64,000 bases of DNA from a virus: IMG/VR virus record IMGVR_UViG_3300045988_105030, one strand, 5' to 3'. The stretch's first letter is position 1. Every line of letters begins with the position of its first letter. The notes under the pieces were generated by a model. The model did no database searches and was not told where the DNA came from. It saw nothing but the letters and a program-made list of their open reading frames with translations. Below, one piece after another: positions 20,020 through 29,660 of the stretch. The translations under genes were made by a program, and so were the position numbers.

Positions 20020-20223
20020 GTGGGACGAAACACACGGCACATTCTGATTTTTCGGGACGGTAAGGAAATCCCTGTAACGGGGATCACGCGGCAGCACTAT
20101 GTAACCCGGGAGGGCAGCTACCGAAAAAAAGACCCCACCATCGGCAAGCTGCGGCCTGCCACGGCGGAAGAGTGCGAGGCGCTGGACGACGGCTATGAGC
20201 GGAGGGGACGGTGGCGCAGATGA
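20020..20223 (+). CDS. hypothetical small protein
   Basis: GTG 20020 after AAAGGCGGAG. 67 aa. Confidence 0.35.
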   Translation: MGRNTRHILIFRDGKEIPVTGITRQHYVTREGSYRKKDPTIGKLRPATAEECEALDDGYERRGRWRR

Positions 20224-21494
20224 CGGCGCAGGAGCAGTATGCCGCGTATCTGGCGGCGCTGAAAGGGCCGTTTCAAAAGCTGTGCCGGCTGCGGTTTTTG
20301 AACACAGATGGCAGCACTGCCTTTTTCGTGGACAACAACCGGCGCAACCCGTACAGCGGTGCTTTTGTATCCAGCGGGTCGATCACGGTGAATTTGCAAA
20401 ACGGCGTGCGGCGCACAGCCAGCGTGACGCTGAGCAATGTGGGAGAGACGTTTTCCTATGATGTGAACCACATATGGTTCGGACAGGAAATCGCACTGGA
20501 CGAGGGCTTGGTGCTGCCCAACGGCGAGGAATACTACATACAGCAGGGCGTTTTCCTGGTGGAGGATCCGGTGGAAACGGTGAATCCGGCGCAAAGAACA
20601 ATAACGCTTCAGCTGGTGGACAAGTGGGCCAATCTGGATGGGACGCTGTGGGGCAACCTTGACGGCACCTATCGCGGTACGCTGGGCGTGAACATCTTTG
20701 AACAGATCGATGCGCTTTTACGGACGGACAGAGGAAACGGAAGGCCGGTAGACTCAGTGGCGGCGGTATATACCGAGTACTACAACGGGAAAACGCAGAC
20801 ACTGCCGGACGGCGGCACGGCAAAGCTGACAGACGCGCCGTATACGCTGGAGGTATCGCCGGGAAGCGGCGGCACCTATTCCTCTGTCATTCTGGGCTTT
20901 TGCGAAATGCTGAACGCATGGGTGGGATATGACGCCACGGGCAGACTGCGGATCGACCCCAGCCAAGACGACCTGCTGGATACGGGCAAGCCCATTGCCC
21001 ACGCCTTTTCCATGGAGGATGTGACGCTGCTGGGGCTATCCTACACGGCGAAAAACACCGATGTATATAACGACTACATCGTGATGGGCGAGCAGCTGGA
21101 GGACAACAGCCAGCCGGGAGCAAGAGCTACCAACGAGGACCCGGAGAGCGACACCAACGTGAAGCTGATCGGGCGAAAGACCATATGGACCTCTACCAAC
21201 GGGTTTACCACGGTGCGGCAGTGCCGGGACAAGGCGGAGTGGATGCTGAAGCGCTCCACGGTGCTGCAAAAAAGCGTGGACATATCCTGCGGGCAAATTT
21301 TCCATATTAAAGAAAATGAACTTGTGTCCGTTGTGAGATCGGATAAGCCGGGAAGCCCAACGGAGCGGCACCTGATACAGGGATTTTCAAGGCCGCTGGC
21401 CTATGCCGGAGAGATGACCATTACGGCGGTGAGCGTGGCGGACTTCCCCACCGCCACGGTGACGGAGTGGGGGACGGCAGGAGGCAAGAGCTAG
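20211..21494 (+). CDS. distal tail / baseplate-type tail protein
   Basis: 427 aa (GTG start after GGAGGGGA). Call is by position downstream of the tape measure. Confidence 0.5.
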   Translation: MAQMTAQEQYAAYLAALKGPFQKLCRLRFLNTDGSTAFFVDNNRRNPYSGAFVSSGSITVNLQNGVRRTASVTLSNVGETFSYDVNHIWFGQEIALDEGLVLPNGEEYYIQQGVFLVEDPVETVNPAQRTITLQLVDKWANLDGTLWGNLDGTYRGTLGVNIFEQIDALLRTDRGNGRPVDSVAAVYTEYYNGKTQTLPDGGTAKLTDAPYTLEVSPGSGGTYSSVILGFCEMLNAWVGYDATGRLRIDPSQDDLLDTGKPIAHAFSMEDVTLLGLSYTAKNTDVYNDYIVMGEQLEDNSQPGARATNEDPESDTNVKLIGRKTIWTSTNGFTTVRQCRDKAEWMLKRSTVLQKSVDISCGQIFHIKENELVSVVRSDKPGSPTERHLIQGFSRPLAYAGEMTITAVSVADFPTATVTEWGTAGGKS

Positions 21495-21512
21495 GAAGGA
21501 GGCGCATCGTAC

Positions 21513-23600
21513 ATGGCACTTTTTATGCCCACGAACATTACACCCTCAACGCTGGGAGCGCTGGGCAACGGCACCGTGGACGCAGATAAGGATCTGACGG
21601 TCAGCTGGCAGGTGGACGGGCAGAACGCCATGACGGCGTTCCAAATAAAAATTCTGGCCAACACGGCGCAGAGTACCGCGCTGTATGACACGGGGAAACG
21701 GACAGACGGCTGCCCCTTTTACGGGAGAGACGCTGCGGGGAACGTGGTCTTTTTCCAGTACACCATACCCAAAAGTGCGCTGGCGGCATCGGGCATTCGG
21801 AACGGCAGCACCTATAAGCTGCTGATCACGCAATGGTGGAGCAGCACAGAAAGCGTTACACAGCAGTCAGCCTCGGTTTTTGTATGCAGGACAACCCCAA
21901 CGCTGACGATTCACGGATTTCAAACCCCGGTGACGCAAAAGACGGTGACGTGGACGGCGGACTACGCGCAGGCGCAGGGCGACGCCATTATCTGGGCAAG
22001 ATGGACGCTGGCACAGGCGGGGCGGCTGGATGAACCGCTGCGCGACACGGGCAACGTGGCCACGGCGCAGCTGGCCTTTACCTACGATGGACTTTTCTCG
22101 GGACAGGAATACGCCATACGGTGCCGGGTGGAGACGGTAAACGGCGTGACGGCGGACACGGGATGGCAGGAATTTTCGGTTTCCTACACGGTAGCGGAGT
22201 ATTCCGGCGATGTGACGACGCAAGTTTACCCCAACTTGAGCGGCGTACTGGTAACATGGCCGAGAGCTTATGACATTCCCGGAGAGGTGACAGGCGGCTA
22301 CACCACGGAGGGTGGAAAGCTGACGCTTTATGACGGCGCAACGCTGACGTGGCAGCAGGTAAAGGGCGTGGGAATGGCCTTTGCGCCGCCGTGGTCGGCT
22401 GTGTGGCGCGGCACATTGACGGCGCTGGGCGTGGCTCTGCTGACAATTCGCGGCAGCGACGGAAGAGAAACTGCACTGAGGCTGGAGGCGGATCATTTTG
22501 AAACGGTCACGACAGGGGAAGCACCCATCCAGACGGAGGCGGAGTTTGCCGTGGGAGACCAGATCACGGTGATCCTGACGGGAAATAAGCTTCAGGTGCA
22601 GCGGCGCTACTATGTGGAGGGATTGAACCCCAGCACCACGCTATACCCGTCTGAAACGCTTTATCCAAGAGACCGGCGGCGGCTGACGCAGCTCTACACC
22701 GCGCCGGCGGTGACGCAGTGGAAAACGGTGACGGCGGTGACGCTGGGCGGCGCACAGGAGTGCGACTACTTCTGGATGGCGGCAGGCGCCCTGACGGCGC
22801 AGGAGATGGCGGCGATTCTGAGCGAAAGCGGATATAAGCCGACATGGGAGGACAGAACGCTGCTGCTGACCAACTTTGCACAGGGGCTGAACGGCGGAAA
22901 CATGACAACTGATGTGTCGCTGGCGGGATGGAGCGTGTACCGGCTGCGGGCAGGCGATACGCTGCTGTTTCATGTGGCAGACACACCCTATGAGCAGAAT
23001 GCCATTGTGGATTGCAGCGTGAAATCGCAGGAGACATATACCTATTATATATTCGGCACAGGGCAGAACGCATTTGCCACCAACGGCATTGCCAGCCAGC
23101 CGGTGAAACCGGTTTTGTGGGACTGGACGATCTTGGCGGCGGAGACGGATCAGCAGGGCGCTTATCGGGTGGGAGAGCTGTTCCGATTCCGGCTGAACGT
23201 TACGTCGGGCACCATTGGCAACAACAATATCCCCAATGCACTGAACAACTTTACCCGGTATCCCACCATTCAGATGTCCCCTGCCAACTACCAGAGCGGC
23301 AAGCTGAGCGGCTATATCGGCAGCGTGGGGAGAGACGGAGAATACCGGGACGATATTGCAACGAGAGACGCCATTTACGCCCTGTCCACCACAGGGAGGA
23401 CGCTGTTTTTAAAAAACAGAAAGGGCGATTTCCTGCGGGTGTTTTTAAACGGCGCGGTGGCCATGGACACGCAGGACAACACGCGGCAGCAGGCACAGAT
23501 CGCCTCGGTTCCGTGGGTGGAAACGGGCGGCACCAAGGATACGCGGCTGATTATCACAAGAGAGGACGGCCTATGGCCGGAGACGGAAAGGAGACGCTGA
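21513..23600 (+). CDS. tail tip / host-specificity protein
   Basis: 695-aa ORF with SD GGAAGGAGG. Large beta-rich protein in the tail-tip position. Confidence 0.5.
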   Translation: MALFMPTNITPSTLGALGNGTVDADKDLTVSWQVDGQNAMTAFQIKILANTAQSTALYDTGKRTDGCPFYGRDAAGNVVFFQYTIPKSALAASGIRNGSTYKLLITQWWSSTESVTQQSASVFVCRTTPTLTIHGFQTPVTQKTVTWTADYAQAQGDAIIWARWTLAQAGRLDEPLRDTGNVATAQLAFTYDGLFSGQEYAIRCRVETVNGVTADTGWQEFSVSYTVAEYSGDVTTQVYPNLSGVLVTWPRAYDIPGEVTGGYTTEGGKLTLYDGATLTWQQVKGVGMAFAPPWSAVWRGTLTALGVALLTIRGSDGRETALRLEADHFETVTTGEAPIQTEAEFAVGDQITVILTGNKLQVQRRYYVEGLNPSTTLYPSETLYPRDRRRLTQLYTAPAVTQWKTVTAVTLGGAQECDYFWMAAGALTAQEMAAILSESGYKPTWEDRTLLLTNFAQGLNGGNMTTDVSLAGWSVYRLRAGDTLLFHVADTPYEQNAIVDCSVKSQETYTYYIFGTGQNAFATNGIASQPVKPVLWDWTILAAETDQQGAYRVGELFRFRLNVTSGTIGNNNIPNALNNFTRYPTIQMSPANYQSGKLSGYIGSVGRDGEYRDDIATRDAIYALSTTGRTLFLKNRKGDFLRVFLNGAVAMDTQDNTRQQAQIASVPWVETGGTKDTRLIITREDGLWPETERRR

Positions 23601-23604
23601 GAAT

Positions 23605-24561
23605 ATGAGTTATAAATCCCCAAAATGGAACAACGGAAGCGCCCCTCCGCTGAGCGCAGAAAACATGCAGGCTCTGACAGACGCTGTGCAGGAGCAGGGG
23701 GAAACGCTGGCAACGATGTGCAATCCAAACATGTTGGACAACTGGTACTTCGGCAATCCGATCAATCAGAGAGGACAAACGAGCTATACGGGCGGGGTGT
23801 ATGGAATTGATAGGTGGCTTAAATCTGCAGCAGAGACTACCGTTGCTGTTGTAACCGGCGGTATCTCCGCCTCGGGTAAACAGTTCCAAAGACTGGAACA
23901 GAGAGTGGAGGACGCTCAAAGCCTGAACGGGATCACTGTTACATTTTCTGCTCTGGTTAAAAATCCTAATGGAAATTTCCGACTTGCCCTGTATAATGCA
24001 ACAACCGGCGGTTTAATTACCCAGGACTTCCAGGCATCAGAAGATTTTCAGCTGGTGCAGATTACAGCGGCACCAGTTATTAACGCGGGTGATGTTTTCT
24101 CTGTGGCACTCTATCCTGGTGCGAACAATGCTACGACCGAGCGCACATGCCTAATCAAGGCCGTCAAGCTGGAGCTTGGCTCCCAGCAGACGCTGGCGCA
24201 TCAGGAGAACGGCGCGTGGGTGCTGAACGAGATACCGAAGTTCGGCGATCAACTGGCGGCGTGCCAGAGGTGTGCGGTAAGGCTCTCAAAATGGAGCCAG
24301 ATTAGGGCGGCATCCATCGAACAAAACACCATTGATTTCTCTGTCCCGATTCCTACATCAATGAGAGCTGTTCCGGTACTTGTTGATGTGTCCAAATTTA
24401 TCGTGAGAACCGTTTCCGGCAATGCTCAAGATGGCTTCTCACTGACAACGTTAGGAGGCAGCGAAAGTGTCGTGCTTGTTCGTGCGACAAAGACCTCTCA
24501 CGGCTTGGCTGACGCACAGTTATATATTGAAGACGGAGCGATGTTTTCTGCTGATCTGTAA
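23605..24561 (+). CDS. tail fibre / receptor-binding protein
   Basis: 318 aa. The N-terminus (NNGSAPPLSAENMQALTDAV) resembles the conserved N-termini of phage fibre proteins. Confidence 0.45.
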   Translation: MSYKSPKWNNGSAPPLSAENMQALTDAVQEQGETLATMCNPNMLDNWYFGNPINQRGQTSYTGGVYGIDRWLKSAAETTVAVVTGGISASGKQFQRLEQRVEDAQSLNGITVTFSALVKNPNGNFRLALYNATTGGLITQDFQASEDFQLVQITAAPVINAGDVFSVALYPGANNATTERTCLIKAVKLELGSQQTLAHQENGAWVLNEIPKFGDQLAACQRCAVRLSKWSQIRAASIEQNTIDFSVPIPTSMRAVPVLVDVSKFIVRTVSGNAQDGFSLTTLGGSESVVLVRATKTSHGLADAQLYIEDGAMFSADL

Positions 24562-24573
24562 GGAGGTAGCGCA

Positions 24574-24930
24574 ATGGAAAATCTGAAATCAAAGGTCTAC
24601 GTCCTGCTGGATGAGAGAAGCCGCGTCCTGCGCTGCGAGGGCGGCTACACCATTAGCAACATCGATGATGTGAACAAATGGACGTACATCGATGAGGGCA
24701 CGGGGGACAGATACAACCTGTGCCAGAGCCACTATTTTGATGCACTGTACACTGAGCAGGGCATTCCCCGGTACAAGTACGAGGATGGCGCTTGCGTGCT
24801 GCGGAGTGATGCGGAAATCGCAGAGGACGTGGCAAACCTGCCGCCTCCTGCCCCTGCGGAACCGACATCTGCTGAGGCGGTGCAGTACAAGGCCGCGCTG
24901 AAAATCCTTGGTATCGAAACGGAGGAATGA
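24574..24930 (+). CDS. hypothetical protein
   Basis: 118-aa ORF with SD AAGGAGG. Confidence 0.5.
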   Translation: MENLKSKVYVLLDERSRVLRCEGGYTISNIDDVNKWTYIDEGTGDRYNLCQSHYFDALYTEQGIPRYKYEDGACVLRSDAEIAEDVANLPPPAPAEPTSAEAVQYKAALKILGIETEE

Positions 24931-24931
24931 T

Positions 24932-25336
24932 ATGAGAACTGACATTCTGGAACAGGCCAAGGCACTGCGCGCCAGCATGGACGCGGCAGCGGCTGTCCTG
25001 ACCGATGAGCAGGCGGCAAAAGCGCCTATGATCTATCGCCCGTGGAGCAGCGACAGCGTGGCCTACGCTGCCGGTGACAGGTGCCTGTATGGCGGCGTGC
25101 TGTACAAGTGCTTGCAAGGGCACACCTCGCAGGGAGATTGGACGCCGACTGGTGCTGTCAGCCTGTGGGCAAAGGTGCTGATCCCCGACCCTACCGCGAT
25201 CCCTGAGTGGCAGCAGCCGGAGAGCACCAATCCCTACATGAAGGGGGATAAGGTGACATATCAAGGCCAAACATGGCAGTCTACTGTTGACAACAACGTG
25301 TGGGCACCGGGGGCGTATGGATGGGAGGTGGTTTGA
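24932..25336 (+). CDS. protein with two CBM5/12-like carbohydrate-binding repeats
   Basis: ATG 24932 after GGAGGAA. Repeats YAAGDRCLYGGVLYKCLQGHTSQGDWTP and YMKGDKVTYQGQTWQSTVDNNVWAPG fit the chitin-binding-type aromatic pattern. Confidence 0.5.
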   Translation: MRTDILEQAKALRASMDAAAAVLTDEQAAKAPMIYRPWSSDSVAYAAGDRCLYGGVLYKCLQGHTSQGDWTPTGAVSLWAKVLIPDPTAIPEWQQPESTNPYMKGDKVTYQGQTWQSTVDNNVWAPGAYGWEVV

Positions 25337-25337
25337 T

Positions 25338-25640
25338 ATGTGGCAGTATATTATCCCCGCCATCAGCGCCATTGTCGTGGCGGCTCTGACCAGCGGTGGC
25401 CTATGGGCGCTGGTGGGCAGACGGGCGGACAGAAACGATGCAGAGCGCAAAATGCTGGTGGGGCTGGCCCATGATCGCATCATCCATCTGGGCATGACCT
25501 ACATCCAGCGCGGCGAGGTCACACAGGACGAGTACGAGAATCTCAACGATTACCTGTATGCGCCGTATGAAAAAATGGGCGGCAACGGCAGCGCCAAGCG
25601 CGTGATGGAAGAGGTGCGCCGCCTGCCTATCCGAAAATAA
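25338..25640 (+). CDS. N-terminally membrane-anchored lysis-cassette protein
   Basis: ATG 25338. One N-terminal TM segment (IIPAISAIVVAALTSGGLWALV) followed by a soluble domain. Adjacent to the holin. Confidence 0.5.
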   Translation: MWQYIIPAISAIVVAALTSGGLWALVGRRADRNDAERKMLVGLAHDRIIHLGMTYIQRGEVTQDEYENLNDYLYAPYEKMGGNGSAKRVMEEVRRLPIRK

Positions 25641-25672
25641 CAGACAGGGCAAAAGCCCGGAAAGGACAAAAC

Positions 25673-25900
25673 ATGAAACTGAATGATAGAATTTATGATG
25701 TGCTGAAATGGGTGGTCATGATCGTGCTGCCCGCCGTGGCGGCGCTGTACGCCGCTCTGGCCCCCGTCTGGGGCTGGCCCCGGCCCGACGACGTGGTGCT
25801 GACGCTGAACGCCGTGACGGCCTTTGCAGGCGCGATTCTGGGCATTTCCACGGCGCAGTACAACAAGACCAAGGCAAATGGGGGCGACAGAAATGCCTAA
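25673..25900 (+). CDS. holin (Dp-1-like pattern)
   Basis: 75 aa with two hydrophobic segments. N-terminus RIYDVLKWVVMIVLPAVAALYAAL resembles Dp-1-type holins. Overlaps the endolysin start. Confidence 0.7.
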   Translation: MKLNDRIYDVLKWVVMIVLPAVAALYAALAPVWGWPRPDDVVLTLNAVTAFAGAILGISTAQYNKTKANGGDRNA

Positions 25901-26591
25901 AATCTTTCTCAGCCCAGAGGATCGAGCGAGCAATGCCTATGCCACCGAGGCGCTATGGAACGGGCATACCACCAACGAGAAGGAACAGATGGGACGCTGC
26001 GCCGATTATCTGGAAATCGCGCTCAAGCGCTGTGGCTTCGAGGTGATCAACGCGCAGTATGGCAACATGTACGACCGTGTCAGCGCGTCCAACAAATGGC
26101 CGGCCGATCTCCACATCGCCCTCCACACCAACGGCTTTAACGGCAAGGTAGCGGGGACGCGGGTGCACTGTTACCCCAGCGAAAAAAGCCGCGCCATCGG
26201 TAGGCTGATTCAGGATCGCATTGCCCCCATGTCCCCCGGCACATCCGAGCGGCTTATTGAAGACACGCGCCTCTACGAGCTGCGGGTGCCCACCATGCCT
26301 GCGGTGCTGCCGGAGTTCGGCTTCCACGACAACCCGGAGGAAGCCCAGTGGCTGATCGACAACATGGAGGCCATCGCGGAGGAAACCTGCAAGGCGGTGT
26401 GCGCGTTCTTCGATGCGCCCTACATCGCGCCGGACAAGCAGCTTGACGTAGAGCCGGAGCCGGTGCCCGATTCGGGCACGATCTACCGGGTGCAGGTGGG
26501 CGCATTCAGCGTAAAGGGAAATGCAGAGGCGTATCTCAAGGAGGTACGCAAGCACTTCCCGGCGGCGTTTATCACGCAGGTAAAGCGTTGA
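25893..26591 (+). CDS. endolysin: N-acetylmuramoyl-L-alanine amidase with C-terminal SPOR-like domain
   Basis: ATG 25893. Amidase_3-like motifs DLHIALHTNGFNG and PEFGFHDNPEEAQW. C-terminus YRVQVGAFSVKGNAEAYLKEV is SPOR-like. Confidence 0.75.
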   Translation: MPKIFLSPEDRASNAYATEALWNGHTTNEKEQMGRCADYLEIALKRCGFEVINAQYGNMYDRVSASNKWPADLHIALHTNGFNGKVAGTRVHCYPSEKSRAIGRLIQDRIAPMSPGTSERLIEDTRLYELRVPTMPAVLPEFGFHDNPEEAQWLIDNMEAIAEETCKAVCAFFDAPYIAPDKQLDVEPEPVPDSGTIYRVQVGAFSVKGNAEAYLKEVRKHFPAAFITQVKR

Positions 26592-26617
26592 CGCTCCCCG
26601 CGGCACAACAGAAAAAA

Positions 26618-26658
26618 GACCGTCATCCGAAACCGGCTGCTTGCCTCGGATGGCGGTC
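26618..26658. terminator. bidirectional stem-loop between endolysin and recombinase genes
   Basis: GACCGTCATCCGA ... TCGGATGGCGGTC, with an A-run before it and TTT after it. Confidence 0.6.
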
Positions 26659-26705
26659 TTTCCGTTTGTGGAACTTTTGTGGCGCTGTCTGGCTGGCGGA
26701 GGCGG

Positions 26706-27731
26706 TCAAGACTGCTCCTGCGCCAGCTGGGCGGTGATCTGGGCGCAGCGCTCCTGTTCCTCACGGACGAGGACGGCGCTCTTGCGGCCTGTGCGGCTGA
26801 GAAGCCGGCCGGAATAAATCTGGGTGGTGTTGGGGTTGGCGTGGCCCAGCTTGGCTTGCAGCTCCTCCATGGGCATACCGGAATTTAAGTCCAGCCGCGC
26901 CCCTACATGGCGCAGGTCGTGGGTACGGACGTTATCCACGCCGGTGACGGCCTTTACATGGCGCGCTACAAGGCTGCTGAGCCACTGGGGAGAGCCGCGC
27001 CGCCACACGCCGTCTTGCTGGAACACGCCAAATTCTTTGGCGCTGGTGGTGCCGAACAAGGGCGCTGTGTCGGGGACATCCCGGGGGCGAATACCGCTGG
27101 CCAGATAGATACGGACGGCGGACTGGGCAATCTCGGGGAACTCCACGCGGCGGAATTTGTTGCCCTTGCCCCGCTCTACTATCAGCTCGCCGGACTCCCA
27201 ATCCAGATCGGCGGGGGAAAGACTTAAAAGCTCGGCATTGCGAAGCTCGGTGGTGAGCAGCAGAATGATAATGGCATAGTTGCGGGGCCATCTATCACGG
27301 CGGCAGCCGCTGGGCCGGTCGCAGCGCCAGAGCCGCATGACCTGACGGTCTGTTAAGATGGCATCGTAGGGACGCCGGTCTGACTGACTGGTCTGGGGGA
27401 AAAAGCGGCGGGAGACAGGGTTTGTGGGATACCAGCCGCCGCAGGAGGGGTCACAGGCAAAGTCAAAGAACACACGGAGGCGGGTGAGATACTGCCGGAC
27501 GGTGTTGGGCGTCAGGCCGCGCTCTACCAGACTATCGCGCCACGCGGCCACGGTGGTATAGGTAGGGTCTTTATAATTCTCGGCGCCGGAGATGTAGAAA
27601 TTCATGAAGCTCTCAAGGGTGCTGGTGTAGGCATAGAGGGTGCGGGGGGACTGGCTGGTGGCGGCGAGGTTCTTCAAGTATGCATGTGAGGCCTCACATA
27701 ACTTTCGCTCGGGTGCACTGCTTCTCGGCAT
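26706..27731 (-). CDS. tyrosine recombinase / integrase (XerC/D-like)
   Basis: 341 aa. N-terminal SAM-like core-binding region. Catalytic-domain motifs ELRNAELLSL, HDLRHVGA and GHANPNTTQIYSG (R..HxxR..Y pattern). Confidence 0.8.
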   Translation of the reverse strand: MPRSSAPERKLCEASHAYLKNLAATSQSPRTLYAYTSTLESFMNFYISGAENYKDPTYTTVAAWRDSLVERGLTPNTVRQYLTRLRVFFDFACDPSCGGWYPTNPVSRRFFPQTSQSDRRPYDAILTDRQVMRLWRCDRPSGCRRDRWPRNYAIIILLLTTELRNAELLSLSPADLDWESGELIVERGKGNKFRRVEFPEIAQSAVRIYLASGIRPRDVPDTAPLFGTTSAKEFGVFQQDGVWRRGSPQWLSSLVARHVKAVTGVDNVRTHDLRHVGARLDLNSGMPMEELQAKLGHANPNTTQIYSGRLLSRTGRKSAVLVREEQERCAQITAQLAQEQS

Positions 27732-27773
27732 GGGGCATACCTCCTCTCCTGATGGGTGGTGCTTGCCGCTGCA

Positions 27774-27986
27774 TCAGGCAGTGGCGCGGACAAACTGCTG
27801 CATGAGGACAAGCTCCACGCCGCCCTCCCAGACGTGGCAGGAGTCGATGAGGAAATCACCGTAGGCCATCATCTCAAGGTCGTTGGCGGGGGTAAAGGGT
27901 ACGCCATTGGTGCCGAAGGTGAGTTCGATGTTGGGCTTCACGCCGTCGCCGATCTCCAAAATGGAGCAGATTTCACGAACTGTCAT
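27774..27986 (-). CDS. hypothetical protein
   Basis: 70-aa ORF with SD AGGAGGAAAA. Confidence 0.45.
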   Translation of the reverse strand: MTVREICSILEIGDGVKPNIELTFGTNGVPFTPANDLEMMAYGDFLIDSCHVWEGGVELVLMQQFVRATA

Positions 27987-28059
27987 TTTGATTTTCCTCC
28001 TATATCATAAGGGTGTTTGTTGATTTTGACGAATGGTTCAGGGTGATTACGAAATGTAA

Positions 28060-28866
28060 TCAGATGGCGATGGAGCGGCTGGTAGCCAGACGGACGATCT
28101 CATTACGCAGGATCGTCTCAAACATGGCGCGGAGTTTCTTGTCTGCGGCGATGACGGACAGCTTGAACACGGCCTTGCACTCCGTCTTGGTGGCTCCTGC
28201 GGCGTACAGCCGGTTTCTCATGCGGGTCTGACGGCACTTGAGGTCTACGCCTGCGGTGCGCTCCAGCTCTTCGTAGAGCTTGGCGTGGAACTGCTGGTAG
28301 TTCAGACCAAATTCCTCCACGGCGCGGCGGATGTGGCGGGTCATGCGCTCCTGCCATGTGTCGGCGTCGGTGAGGGGAGAGGTGACGAAGGTGGTAACGG
28401 CGTCGAATTTGCGGTTGGTTTCGTCCAGCCGCTTTTCGTTTTCGGCGGTGCGGCCCTTCAGCTCCTTAATCTCCCGCTCGTTGTCCAAATTGATCTGGGC
28501 TTGCAGGGAGAACATCTCATTGGCGGTCATGGGCTTTCGGGTCTGCTGGCGCATTTTCTCAAAGGCGGTGACATAGGCGGCGGTGAACAAAACGCCCTTT
28601 TCGCCGGTCATCTTGTTTGCCACCATGTCGCAGCCCTTCTTGGTGAGCAGGTAGCAGGGGAGCGTCCGCCCGGTGCTGTCGGTATAGGTGTGGGGGATGA
28701 AAAAGTCACTCAGCCCAAAGTTGGGCTCAGTAGAATTTTCGATAACCTCCGCATAGTTGCGGATGTCGCGGATAAGGTGGCGATGGTCTTTCCCGATGGC
28801 CTCCGCCACAGAGCGGCTGTCAATTACATCAACGCCGCCCTGCTGGAACACGGATAATTCGTACAT
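28060..28866 (-). CDS. Rha-family phage regulatory protein (antirepressor-like)
   Basis: ATG 28866 after GAAAGGAG. N-terminus VIDSRSVAEAIGKDHRHLIRDIRNY matches the Rha motif pattern. C-terminal half is helical. Confidence 0.7.
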   Translation of the reverse strand: MYELSVFQQGGVDVIDSRSVAEAIGKDHRHLIRDIRNYAEVIENSTEPNFGLSDFFIPHTYTDSTGRTLPCYLLTKKGCDMVANKMTGEKGVLFTAAYVTAFEKMRQQTRKPMTANEMFSLQAQINLDNEREIKELKGRTAENEKRLDETNRKFDAVTTFVTSPLTDADTWQERMTRHIRRAVEEFGLNYQQFHAKLYEELERTAGVDLKCRQTRMRNRLYAAGATKTECKAVFKLSVIAADKKLRAMFETILRNEIVRLATSRSIAI

Positions 28867-28895
28867 TCTGTTGCTCCTTTCATCTACATTTTTGT

Positions 28896-28925
28896 TTGAC
28901 AGGAGCATACCCCATGTGGTAGGAT
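28896..28925 (+). promoter_or_regulatory. sigma-70-type promoter with extended -10
   Basis: TTGACA (28896-28901), 18-nt spacer, TGgTAGGAT (-10 at 28920-28925). Confidence 0.45.
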
Positions 28926-28931
28926 AGATTT

Positions 28932-29010
28932 ATCACAAGGGCTACTCCTTGGGTGTGATAACGGTTTGCTGACGATCTTGGTGGGACTGGCAGCAGACCG
29001 TTATTTTTGC
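28932..29010 (+). ncRNA. candidate ~80-nt sRNA, antisense to the Rha leader and RHH 3' end
   Basis: Starts downstream of the promoter above. Hairpin TATCACAAGG...CCTTgggTGTGATA. Then a 12-bp stem AACGGTTTGCTG/CAGCAGACCGTT with a 19-nt loop, followed by ATTTTT. Confidence 0.35.
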
Positions 29011-29183
29011 TTCACCGGCAAAAGCATAATCCCATCCCGGATTCCCTCCGTGCGCTTTTTATTGTTTTCCTTGCAGTATTCGTCAAGAACGGCAAGGGTC
29101 TTATCATCAAGTCGCACATGAATAGGGTTCGATTTTGGATTTTCTGCTTTCGGTCGTCCAGTTTTTGGACTCAAATTTTTCAC
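29001..29183 (-). CDS. ribbon-helix-helix (CopG/Arc-like) DNA-binding protein
   Basis: 60 aa. IHVRLDDKTLAVLDEYCKENNKKRTEGIRDGI fits a beta-strand plus two-helix RHH layout. Confidence 0.55.
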   Translation of the reverse strand: MKNLSPKTGRPKAENPKSNPIHVRLDDKTLAVLDEYCKENNKKRTEGIRDGIMLLPVKQK

Positions 29184-29266
29184 CTCACTTTATGTAGCCC
29201 ATAAACACATTATAGTTTATGTAGCCCAATATGTCAATGGGGAATTTTAAGAAGGGAGAAAGTAAA

Positions 29267-29500
29267 ATGTACAGACCATACTCGTTCGGGTTCAGAAATC
29301 GTGCCAATCCTGCAAATCGGGGGCAGCAGACCTGCAAAATGTGCGCCAGGAATGAATATTGCACATATAACAGGCGCGGTAACCACAGCAATTGTTTTGT
29401 CCCAATCGGTAGCAGCCAGTCTGGGTGCCTTATTCCGATTGTACTGATAATGTCGCTGCCAACTGCCGCTGCCGTTGCTATTAAACTGATGTTTTTTTAA
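29267..29500 (+). CDS. possible small Cys-rich membrane protein (weak call)
   Basis: 77 aa in an AT-richer patch, with SD GGGAGAAAG. Hydrophobic C-terminus. Third-position GC only ~53%. Confidence 0.25.
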   Translation: MYRPYSFGFRNRANPANRGQQTCKMCARNEYCTYNRRGNHSNCFVPIGSSQSGCLIPIVLIMSLPTAAAVAIKLMFF

Positions 29501-29504
29501 GATT

Positions 29505-29660
29505 TTAGGGCTTTTCCACCAGTTCCACGGTGTCGGGAATGAGCAGACGGGCGGCGGCTTCGGATTCCGCCTCGATGAGCATGGTAAACTCCTCGCCGTC
29601 CCGCTTGCGGCGGACACGGAAGGAATATTCCTGCTTGGTGACATTGGTGACAAGGTTCAT
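29505..29660 (-). CDS. small protein translationally coupled to the cysteine desulfurase
   Basis: 51 aa (MNLVTNVTKQEYSFRVRRKRDGEEF...). Its ATG overlaps the desulfurase TGA (ATGA). Below the ORF-track size cut-off. Confidence 0.4.
   Translation of the reverse strand: MNLVTNVTKQEYSFRVRRKRDGEEFTMLIEAESEAAARLLIPDTVELVEKP

Noticed and set aside
26592-26705. I considered a prophage end (attR) between the endolysin and the first recombinase.
   Set aside because: There is no copy of the 26-nt core or the TTCGACACG repeats, and no other long repeat that I could spot. Only a bidirectional terminator is present.
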